Assembly (NCBI GenBank): GCA_963749495.1
Contig: CAVVMW010000022.1
Coordinates: 1-64,000, forward strand
Length of the DNA: 64,000 bases
DNA from: an uncultured bacterium
GTDB taxonomy: Bacteria > Verrucomicrobiota > Verrucomicrobiia > Limisphaerales > UBA8199
Direction of reading: 5' to 3'
Position 1 is the stretch's first letter; the number at the start of each line of letters is the position of its first letter. Shown in pieces: positions 42,096 to 50,712 of the stretch. The notes below the pieces were generated by a model, which saw nothing but the letters and a program-made list of their open reading frames with translations, made no database searches and was not told the origin of the DNA. A program made the translations under genes and the position numbers.

Positions 42096-45000
42096 ATGCA
42101 GAGCACGATGAACCCGAAGCAACCGGCGCGGTGGCTCGCCACCGCAATCCTGGCAGCCACGTTGATGGCCGGCGGCAGCAACGCGCAGGACACCCTGCGG
42201 AGGGACGACCCCTCACCCCGGCCCTCTCCCCGTCCGACGGGGAGAGGGAGAGCCGCGAACGAGCGCGCACCGAGTCAATCCGCCGCGGCGGCCGGGGCGC
42301 AGGCAACCGGGACAACTCTGCTGCCGCTCGATGGGAATGATTGGGTGGTGGCGGCGGACCCGAAGAACGCGGGGCGCGGCGAGGGCTGGTGGAAAGGGGC
42401 GAGGCCGGAAGCCAGGCCCGTCCGCGTGCCGGGCATTTTGCAGGAGGCCCTGCCGGGCTACCACGGGGTCGCGTGGTGTTGGCGCGAGTTCACCCCGCCG
42501 CAGAACCCGTATCCGGGCGGGCGCTGCCTGTTGCGTTTCCACGCGGTGGATTACCTGGCGGATGTCTGGCTCAATGACGCGCCCGTCGGGGGTCATGAAG
42601 GTGGCGAGACGCCGTTTGTGCTGGATGTCACGGAAGCGGTGAGGCCGGGGACATCGAACCGGCTTGCCGTGCGCGTTCTGAACCCGAAGGCCGAACCCAT
42701 CGACGGCATCGTGCTGGCGGAGACGCCTCATCGGAACAAGGTGCCTGCCGGCATAGCGGCCGGGAGCGGGTACAACAGCGGCGGCATCGTTGAGCCGGTG
42801 GAATTGCTCTGGGTGCCGTCCATCCGCGTCGAGGATGTGTGTGTGCGTCCGGACTGGAAGACAGGCCGGGTGAAGGTCCAGGCCACGGTGATGAACGCGG
42901 GCCAGGCCGGCGCGCGCGGGCAGTTCCGGTTCGTCATTGCGCCCGCGCCTGGCAACGAGCCCGTCGCCGCGCTGACCCTCCAGCAGGACCTGCCGCCCGG
43001 CAAAGGACAGGTCGAGTGCGAGTTGACCGTGCCCAACTGCCGCTTGTGGCAGCTCGATGACCCTTGCCTCTATCGCCTGAGCGCCCGCCTCGTTTGCGGC
43101 CCGAGCGCAGACGCGCCCGAGAACGTCACGCGATTCGGCTTTCGCGAGCTGAGGGTCGAGAGAGGCTATTTCCGCCTGAACGGGAAGCGCATTTTCCTGA
43201 AGAGTTCGCACACCGGCAATCATTGTCCCATCGGGGCGGTCCTCCCGCCGGGGAGCGCTCCCGACCTCCTGCGCAAGGACCTGCTCTACATGAAATCGTG
43301 CGGTTTCAACACCGTCCGTTTCATCTCGGGTCTCGCGCACCCATATCAACTGGACCTGTGCGACGAGATCGGGCTGATGGTCTATGAGGAAGACCTGGCC
43401 GCCTGGCTCCTGGCGGATTCGCCAAAGATGGCGGAGCGGTTTGACGCCAATCTGCGGGAAATGGTGCTGCGGGACCGGAACCATCCCAGCGTGGTCATTT
43501 TCGGGCTGGTGAACGAGATGAGCAACGGCGCGCTGACCCGTCACGCGGTGGCCAGCCTTGGCCTGCTGCGCTCGCTGGACGATTCGCGGCTGGTCTTGCA
43601 GCAAAGCGGGCGGTGGGACGGCCAGTACAACATCGGGTCGGTCTGCAACCCCGGCAGCCGGCAATGGGAGTGCCAATGGGGTGTCGAGAATCCCGGCTAC
43701 GAGGGCACGGCCAGGAACGGCCCCTTTGGAGGCTATTTCGCGGGGGCGGGCGACGCCCATGTCTATCCTGCGGTGCCGCACACGCCGGAAATCGAGGCGG
43801 GGATACGCAACCTGGGCAGGGACTCCAAACCGGTGTTCCTTTCCGAATACGGCATCGGCAGCCAGATGAACGTCATCCGGGAGGTGCGCTATTATGAGCA
43901 ACACGGCGCCAATCCCGAGTGGGACGACTTCAAGTTCCTCAAGCAGAACGAAGAGAAACTGGCCGCTGACTGGAAGAGATTCGGGATGGATGGCGTCTAT
44001 GCGTTTCCGGAGGAGATGCTGCGCGCCAGCCAGCAACTGAACGGACGGCAGCGGCTCTTGGGGTTCAACCTGGTGCGGTCCAATCCGAGGATTTGCGGCT
44101 TCAACCTGACCGGGTTGCTGGACCACGGCTACAGCGGCGAGGGGCTCTGGACGTTCTGGCGCGAGTTCAAACCCGGCCTCATGGACGCGCTCCAGGACGG
44201 TTGGGCGCCGTTGCGGTGGTGTCTGTTCGCGGCGCCCATGCACGCCTATTCGGGCCGTCCGGTGAAGCTGGAGGCCATCCTGGCCAACGAAGATGTGCTG
44301 GCGCCGGGAACCTATCCGGCGTGGTTGCGTGTCGTGGGGCCGGACGGTGTGGCGTGGGCAGCGAAACAGGAGGTCGTTATTCCGAAGCCGGCGCCCGGTG
44401 AAGACGGCCCTTTGGCTGTGCCGGTGTTCTCAGGCGAGATCACGCTTCCCGGCCCTGCCGGGCAGTACACGTTCGCGGCTACCCTGGAACATGGCGGCGC
44501 GCCGGCGGGCGGACGGTTGGCCTTCTACGTGAGCGACCCGCCTGCGGCTGGGGCCGCCTCAGTGACGGTCAGCATGGTGGGTTCCCGCGCGCAGGAGTGG
44601 CTCAAGACCCGGGGCGTGAGCGTGGCGCCGCTGGGGGCGGAACCCGCCGCAATCCGCCAAATAATCCTCATTGGAGATTGGACCGAGTCCAACGTGAACC
44701 CGGAAACCAGGAAAGACCTCTTGGAGCGCGTGGCGCGGGGCAGCGTGGCTGTCTTTCTCAAGCCGGGCGCTTTCAGGAAGGGTGGTGACGCTCTGGGTTG
44801 GCTGCCGCTCAAGAACAAGGGGCGTCTGACCGACTTTCCCGACTGGCTCTATCACAAGGAGTGCGTGGCAAAGAAGCATCCTTTCTTTGATGGCTTGCAG
44901 CCGCCGGGCATCATGGACTGGGATTACTACGGTCCACTGATTAGCCGCCAGTTCTTTGAAGGACAAGACACGCCGGAGGAGGTCGCGGCGGCCGCGTTCG

Positions 45001-45239
45001 CGGTTTGCCACAGCAGCCGGCCCGACGGTTACGCAGCCGGCACAATGCTCAGTGTCTGCCGGGTCGGCGCGGGCAAGCTCATTCTGAACACCTTCAACCT
45101 TCTCGACAACGTGGACAAGCATCCCGCGGCGGACAGGCTGTTGCTGAACCTGGTCCGCTACGCCGCGGGCGCCACGAGCGAACCCCTGGCCGGGCTCCCC
45201 GCGGACTTTGACGCCACACTGAAGGAGATGGGGTACTGA
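42096..45239 (+). CDS. Glycoside hydrolase family 2
   Basis: LRFHAVDYLADVWLN, GHEGGETPF, FGFRE, LNGKRIFL, RDRNHPSVVIFGLVNE, FLSEYG. Confidence 0.9.
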   Translation: MQSTMNPKQPARWLATAILAATLMAGGSNAQDTLRRDDPSPRPSPRPTGRGRAANERAPSQSAAAAGAQATGTTLLPLDGNDWVVAADPKNAGRGEGWWKGARPEARPVRVPGILQEALPGYHGVAWCWREFTPPQNPYPGGRCLLRFHAVDYLADVWLNDAPVGGHEGGETPFVLDVTEAVRPGTSNRLAVRVLNPKAEPIDGIVLAETPHRNKVPAGIAAGSGYNSGGIVEPVELLWVPSIRVEDVCVRPDWKTGRVKVQATVMNAGQAGARGQFRFVIAPAPGNEPVAALTLQQDLPPGKGQVECELTVPNCRLWQLDDPCLYRLSARLVCGPSADAPENVTRFGFRELRVERGYFRLNGKRIFLKSSHTGNHCPIGAVLPPGSAPDLLRKDLLYMKSCGFNTVRFISGLAHPYQLDLCDEIGLMVYEEDLAAWLLADSPKMAERFDANLREMVLRDRNHPSVVIFGLVNEMSNGALTRHAVASLGLLRSLDDSRLVLQQSGRWDGQYNIGSVCNPGSRQWECQWGVENPGYEGTARNGPFGGYFAGAGDAHVYPAVPHTPEIEAGIRNLGRDSKPVFLSEYGIGSQMNVIREVRYYEQHGANPEWDDFKFLKQNEEKLAADWKRFGMDGVYAFPEEMLRASQQLNGRQRLLGFNLVRSNPRICGFNLTGLLDHGYSGEGLWTFWREFKPGLMDALQDGWAPLRWCLFAAPMHAYSGRPVKLEAILANEDVLAPGTYPAWLRVVGPDGVAWAAKQEVVIPKPAPGEDGPLAVPVFSGEITLPGPAGQYTFAATLEHGGAPAGGRLAFYVSDPPAAGAASVTVSMVGSRAQEWLKTRGVSVAPLGAEPAAIRQIILIGDWTESNVNPETRKDLLERVARGSVAVFLKPGAFRKGGDALGWLPLKNKGRLTDFPDWLYHKECVAKKHPFFDGLQPPGIMDWDYYGPLISRQFFEGQDTPEEVAAAAFAVCHSSRPDGYAAGTMLSVCRVGAGKLILNTFNLLDNVDKHPAADRLLLNLVRYAAGATSEPLAGLPADFDATLKEMGY

Positions 45240-45278
45240 ATCCTGTCCCGGAGGGAATAGCCCAACGCTTTTAGCAGC

Positions 45279-45704
45279 TGTCTTTACCCGCAATCTTCAC
45301 ATGCCCTCATGAAGCGGATCTGAGGGCCGTCAAGGACCTCCGAAGCCCATTTCTCATCCCGGAGGGATGCCAGAAGGTAGCCGGGGGTCGAAGCGTAGCG
45401 AGACCCCCGGCCCCCCGACGGCGAGGGATTGCATCCCGGAGGGATGCCAGAAGGCGCCAACCGCACACGTGTGCTCTTCTGGCACCCCTCCGGGGTGCAG
45501 GGCCACCAACGCGCTCAACCGGGGGTCGCCGCCGGACGGCGACCTCCGGCTACCTTCTGCCAACCCTCCGGGTTGGCCGGGCGTTTGCGCCGGCTCGTAT
45601 GAAGGCCGCCATTGTCGGCTAAAATTGGGCTGCTCCTCAGGCATTTCTCCCGCCTGCCCAAAGGAGCAACTGATAGGATCGGCGAAGAGATGTGGGTAAT
45701 GACA
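45279..45704. mobile_element. Envelope C element carrying a different REP cassette (CATCCCGGAGGGATG / GTAG-CCGGGGGTC)
   Basis: TGTCTTTACCCGCAATC...GATGTGGGTAATGACA, subterminal AACTGATA. Confidence 0.7.
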
Positions 45705-45737
45705 AGTGCTCTAGAATTGGGTTACGGTCCCCGCGGG

Positions 45738-47420
45738 CTATTTGGAAATGGGCGCCATCATGCTCCGATTCAGGGTGAGAACGGTGCGGTTGTTGTTGAT
45801 GGCGGTGGTCTTGAACTCCTGAAGCTTGGCGAGGTCTTCCGCGCTGAGGAAGGAACTCCCGCTGGCGGCGGCGCGCGTGTAAATGTCGTCCAGGAGTTTG
45901 AGGCTCCTGTCGGCATCCTGTTCCGAGACGATGTTGCGGAAATTGAGTATCGGCAGGGTCTGGTAATCGGCGGGAAGGCCGGCGCTGGACAAGGCCGCCT
46001 TGGCCCCGTCCTGCAAGGCCTGGCAGAGTTGTTTGGCCTTCTGTTCCTTTTCCGCATCCGTTCCGGTCATCATGCCTTTGAATTGTTCGGCGCTGACCGT
46101 GCTCAAAAGCCCCCGGGTGTAGTCCTGGTACTGCGCCAATGCGTCCGGGCCGAGCAGCGCCCGCACTTTCTCCTCCAGCGCCGCGTCCTGCGCGGCAAAA
46201 ACCCCGTCCACCTGCTCCGGCGTCGGCTTGTCGCGCAGCGCGGTGGTGACATGGCCCACATTCTCCATAATGTGGTCCGCCAGCAGGTCGTTGAGCTTCC
46301 CCGTCTGCTCGGGCGTGAGCTTCGCGCGCTCGGCGAACTCCTTGTAGAGAATGCCCATCCCCATTTTCTGCTGGTCCCGCAGCATCTTCACCGCCTCGGG
46401 ACTGGCCGTGATTTTGCTCAGCGGGGTGATCGAGCCGATGTCGGCGTTCTCCCGCTTGAGCCTGCCCACTTCACCCCGGAGTTTCAGCACGTCGTTCGGG
46501 TTTTTCTTGAGCGCGGCGTTCTCGCTGGAAAGCCCGGCCAGCGTGTTGGTGGCCCGGTCGCGTTCGCGCTGCAACTCCTGCACCTGATTGCTCAACGCGG
46601 CTTGCTGGTGCTCTTGCAGCCTGAGGGCCTGCACCTCCTCGCGCAGGCTTGAAACCCGCCGGGCCTGGTAATATCCGGTCGCCACGGCCCCGGCGGCCAC
46701 GACGATGATGATTGTCTTTTGAAGGGTAGTCATAGCGATAGTTTTAGTGATGGCAACTGCGGCGGAGCTGGAAAGAGCGGTTGAGGCGGCGAGCGCGCCC
46801 ACAGCGACCGTCCCGGCGAGCCCGGCGGGGGCGCCCTGAATCGCGTTGGCTGAGACCAGGACGGCAAGCCCGCTTGCGCCGACGGCGACATTGCGCTTGG
46901 ACAAATGCTCGCGCAGATGCTCGAGGGCGCGGGTGACGCGCTTCTGAGCCGCGTCTTCGCTGGCGCCCAGCGCCTCGCCGACTTCCCGCAAGGACTTGTT
47001 CTCGAAGTAGCGCAGCAGAACCGCGGTGCGCTCGGCGTCGCCAAGCGAGTGCATGGCCTCGTCGAGCAGCGGTTCGATGTGCGCCCAATCAGTGGAGGTG
47101 TCGCTCATATGGCTCATCTCAAAGGCGATTTGCTCGCGCGCCTGCCGCCGCGCCTCGCGGCGGACAACGTCGATGGCGGCATGGCGGGTGACCCGGTAAA
47201 GCCACGCTGTCAGCACCGTGTCCGGCTCCATTTTGGCGGCGTTGCACGCAAGCTGGGTGAAAACCGTTTGGCACACTTCCTCGGCCAACTGCGGTGAACG
47301 GACTTGCCGCAGGGCGGCGGAATAGACGAGATTCAGGTGCCGGTTCACCAGCGCGGTGAAGGCGTCCTGCGACTCTTCGCGGGTGAATTGCCCGAGCAAA
47401 TCATGGTCGTTCGCGGTCAT
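45738..47420 (-). CDS. ECF sigma factor with long C-terminal TM/coiled-coil extension
   Basis: HLNLVYSAALRQV, AEEVCQTVF, ERTAVLLRYFENKSLREVG, DAAQKRVTRAL, VLKLRGEVG. Confidence 0.92.
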   Translation of the reverse strand: MTANDHDLLGQFTREESQDAFTALVNRHLNLVYSAALRQVRSPQLAEEVCQTVFTQLACNAAKMEPDTVLTAWLYRVTRHAAIDVVRREARRQAREQIAFEMSHMSDTSTDWAHIEPLLDEAMHSLGDAERTAVLLRYFENKSLREVGEALGASEDAAQKRVTRALEHLREHLSKRNVAVGASGLAVLVSANAIQGAPAGLAGTVAVGALAASTALSSSAAVAITKTIAMTTLQKTIIIVVAAGAVATGYYQARRVSSLREEVQALRLQEHQQAALSNQVQELQRERDRATNTLAGLSSENAALKKNPNDVLKLRGEVGRLKRENADIGSITPLSKITASPEAVKMLRDQQKMGMGILYKEFAERAKLTPEQTGKLNDLLADHIMENVGHVTTALRDKPTPEQVDGVFAAQDAALEEKVRALLGPDALAQYQDYTRGLLSTVSAEQFKGMMTGTDAEKEQKAKQLCQALQDGAKAALSSAGLPADYQTLPILNFRNIVSEQDADRSLKLLDDIYTRAAASGSSFLSAEDLAKLQEFKTTAINNNRTVLTLNRSMMAPISK

Positions 47421-47567
47421 GTTCACTAACATAACGACACCGGGCGGCAAAATCCGACAAACTTTTCCGGGCTCCGACTCCCCAAATCCACGCCCAAACC
47501 CGATCGCGCGCCGCCAGGCACTGGAATCACGCCTCCTCAGCTTCCGTGCCAATCCAGAAAACATAAA

Positions 47568-47774
47568 CCACGGAATACACGGAAAGAAGGCGGTTTTCCG
47601 TGCATTCCGTGTATTCCGTTCTCAAAAAATGGGAGGCGAGGATTTGGGAAACCCGTTTGGGCTTGGCATGGGAGCCAGGGGAGCCCCATTTTGAAGGCTG
47701 CGCTATGAACCGCCTTCTCTGCACCAATGCCGTTTCACGTTTCACGTTTCACGCCTCACGTTTCACGTTTCACG
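47568..47774. repeat. Short tandem arrays: inverted (CACGGAATA)n pair at 47568-47620 and (GTTTCAC)x6 at 47732-47774
   Basis: Seen directly. Confidence 0.75.
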
Positions 47775-47776
47775 CT

Positions 47777-49363
47777 ATGAACTTCACCAATGGATCTCCA
47801 GCCCTCAGAATGTGGTTGCCCATGACGGCCCTCCTCATCTGCACCGTGGCAGCCCATGCCCAACAACCCGCCTCCTCGCCAGCAGCCGGCCTCGTTAGGC
47901 TGAGCGTCAATGCCGGGACAGTGGTCCACACGATGCGCGGCGGCTTTGGCGCCTCCTGGCACGCCATCGAGCAGCCAATCCCTGTCGAGGGGGACCGCTC
48001 GCACGGGGGCAGCGCCTGGGGCGCAAACCCGCCTGCGCAAGACACCCGTGCCTGGCGGCAACTCCGCGCCCACGCCGATTGGCTGGGCCTGGATTTTGTC
48101 CGCGTCGAACTCGAACAGCGCATGTTCGAGCCCGAGCCGGGCCGGTTCACCTGGGACTCGCCCGAGATGCGCATCCTCTACCGCATCCTGGACTGGTGCC
48201 AGGGCCGGCATGCCGATGTGTTCCTGCAGTGCATGTGGGGCAATGTCGAGTGGAACTCGTTTCCGGAGTTCCGAGGCGACCCAATCAAGCGCGTCCACAG
48301 CGGGCCCTATTCCATGGAGAAGTTTGCCGACGGCCTGGCGGCGTTGATGAAACACCTGCTGGCGTCGAAGCACTACACGTGCGTCCGCTGGCTTTGCACC
48401 AACAACGAACCGGGCTATGAGTGGTCCTGGTGGCAGCGGCCTCCGAACCGTCCGATGTCATTGCGCGAGGGCCTGGCTGCCGTGAGGCAGGCCCTGGACC
48501 GCGAGGGCATCCGCGTGCCGTTGAGCGGGCCGGACTGGACGGACCTGCCGGAGCTCAAGCCGGAACAGGTGGACTTCGACCAGTTCATCGGGGCCTATGA
48601 CTTGCACAGCTACTATGCGGGGTTCGATTGGCACCCGGGCGGCGGGTATCCGATGGCCGTCGCGGAGAAGCGGCTTGCCGGCTGGCGCAAGTGGTCCGCC
48701 GAACGGGGCAAGCCGCTGTTTCTCTCGGAGTTGGGCACGATGATCTACGGCTGGGGCGGCAGCAAGCCCGGGCCCAGCACCTGGGAGGCGGCCATCAAAG
48801 ACGCTGAGCTGGTGGTGCGCGCCCTGAACCTGGGCGTGGACGGTTTCAACCGCTGGAGCTTCGTCAACCGCGGCGATCTCGATGGCGTTTGGCAGATGGT
48901 CGACACCTGGGACCCCGCGCGCAAGGCCCTTCGCAATACGATCACGCCCTGTCCCAATGCCTATTTTGTCTATGGCCTGATTTCCCGGCTGGCGGCCAAG
49001 CATTCCAGCGTGGTCGCCTGCGGGCAAACCGGCGGCCAGATGGACGGCACCAACCGTGTCTTTGCCGCCGCGCTCAAGAGCCCCAAAGGCAATCTCACGT
49101 GGCTCATCGTCAACGACGCGCCGCAGGAGTGGGCGGCGGAGTTTTCGCTCAAGGCTTGCCCACGCCGCGCGCTCTACAAATACCAGGTCACCGCCCAACA
49201 GAAGGACCGCCCGGACCTCAAGATCAATCCGCTCCGCGCTGTAGCGATTACCGCCGGCAACGCGGCCTTTTCGGATAGCTTGCCGCCCATGAGTCTCACG
49301 GTCTTCTCCACCTGGAACCTCAAACATTCCGCCCCCGGGATCGTGGAGGACCGGGCAAGGTGA
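47777..49363 (+). CDS. Secreted clan GH-A glycoside hydrolase (GH30/GH5-like)
   Basis: TMRGGFGASW, CTNNEP, FLSELG, LPPMSLTVF. Confidence 0.8.
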   Translation: MNFTNGSPALRMWLPMTALLICTVAAHAQQPASSPAAGLVRLSVNAGTVVHTMRGGFGASWHAIEQPIPVEGDRSHGGSAWGANPPAQDTRAWRQLRAHADWLGLDFVRVELEQRMFEPEPGRFTWDSPEMRILYRILDWCQGRHADVFLQCMWGNVEWNSFPEFRGDPIKRVHSGPYSMEKFADGLAALMKHLLASKHYTCVRWLCTNNEPGYEWSWWQRPPNRPMSLREGLAAVRQALDREGIRVPLSGPDWTDLPELKPEQVDFDQFIGAYDLHSYYAGFDWHPGGGYPMAVAEKRLAGWRKWSAERGKPLFLSELGTMIYGWGGSKPGPSTWEAAIKDAELVVRALNLGVDGFNRWSFVNRGDLDGVWQMVDTWDPARKALRNTITPCPNAYFVYGLISRLAAKHSSVVACGQTGGQMDGTNRVFAAALKSPKGNLTWLIVNDAPQEWAAEFSLKACPRRALYKYQVTAQQKDRPDLKINPLRAVAITAGNAAFSDSLPPMSLTVFSTWNLKHSAPGIVEDRAR

Positions 49364-49520
49364 CCGCGCGCGGAATTGAACCTAAGAAGCGCAGTTCAGC
49401 CGCGAGAAGGCGCAAAAGTCGCAAAAGGTGAAGGACTTGCGCGCGGCGGCTCTGTCTCCGCTTGGGTGAGGATCGTCGCGGGTGCAAGTGCTTCTTTTTG
49501 CGTTTTTTGCGCCTTTTCGC

Positions 49521-50319
49521 TCGCAGCCCATAAGGCTGCCAGTCCAGCCGGTGGAAGTCCGGCGATGGTAACTGACGATGAACCATACAGTGATAACCGA
49601 CACGGGAAGGGGCGACCCGACCCGCGAAAGCTCGGTCGTAAAAGTCCTGGCCGGAGCAGGGCGAGCAACACCTCCAGGCCGTAGCATAAAGCGAAAGCTG
49701 CAGCTTCGTTACGCTACCCACGGGTTCCGGATTCGTGGGATTTGTGACTGCCGAGCCGGTGCGAAAACGGCGAAGGCACAACCAACGATGAAGGCATCGT
49801 CGCAGGCAATCGTTGGAGTCACCGGAGTACGGGCGGCGGCATGGGGTGAAAGGACTGGCAGAGTAAATTGGGGACCCTCTGGGGCTGGCGGGTTGGTCCC
49901 GCAGCCTGGCGGAATAATGCATAAGCCGCTGGGTGGCCAACAGAGGCGCACATGTGGCCATAGTAAGCGACGAGCCGACCGGACAGCATAACCGGTTGGG
50001 GAGCCAAGGGCCACTGGACCCGCGGTCGTGGTCAGAGGTTCTCGGTGCCGCTTGGACGCAAGTCCGACTACGGAACAAACGCCGGGGACGGAGATACCGA
50101 CAGTGACGGCCTATAAGCGGGCGGTAGCATACCCGCGAAGGTGGCCGTGGCGTCAGGCGGGTTTGAAGCCGGTACTGGGGAAAACCCACCGTACGGAATT
50201 TTAGAGGGGGCAGAGGAAACGAAGTGGATGGCTTGATGACCGTTTGCCACGATGCCCGAAAGGGCCGATACATTGGAAGTCATTGGCCTAATCATGTTCG
50301 CGCCTCTGCTCTACTCGAT
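49521..50319 (+). ncRNA. ORF-less group II intron (5' boundary uncertain by a few nt)
   Basis: DV-like AAGCCGGTACTGGGGAAAACCCACCGTACGGAATT (50166-50200); DVI GAGGGGGCAGAGG...CCTCTGCTCTACTCGAT with bulged A and 3' AT; DIII-like GTGGCCATAGTA...AAGGGCCAC; 5' CCGGTGGAAGTCCGG; DIV only ~150 nt. Confidence 0.82.
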
Positions 50320-50339
50320 GGCTATTCAACCGCCGTTTC

Positions 50340-50598
50340 CAGGTTCATACCATACCAGGGCAAGGCCCGCCGGAGCGCAGCGCAGGCGGGCCGCCGCCCT
50401 GGGTCCACAGCACATTCTCTTTTGCAGGCCAACGGCCTGCTTCATAAGGTTCCCGGAGGATGAATCGCGCCTTCAGCGCTCCAGATGATTATTGGCGGCT
50501 TTACCCACGGCGAGGCCCTGGGCTGGTATGAGCGACGCCTTTGGCGTCCCGAGCACGCACCGCCGGCTCGATCGTGCACCCGAAGAATTCTGTCCTGC
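50340..50598. repeat. Family-B composite repeat
   Basis: Closely matches 15240-15500. Confidence 0.75.
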
Positions 50599-50712
50599 GC
50601 TCCTCTCCGAAATGCCGGGCATGGAGCGGGTTTGGCCGGGCTCGCCCTCCGGGTGAGCGCGGCGGTGCATCAGGGCCGAAGGCCCGCGATGTGATAGCCT
50701 GGGTTTTCGGGG

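Noticed and set aside
49320..50273. 317-aa minus-strand ORF as an intron-encoded protein
   Set aside because: Antisense to the intron RNA and has no RT motifs such as YADD.
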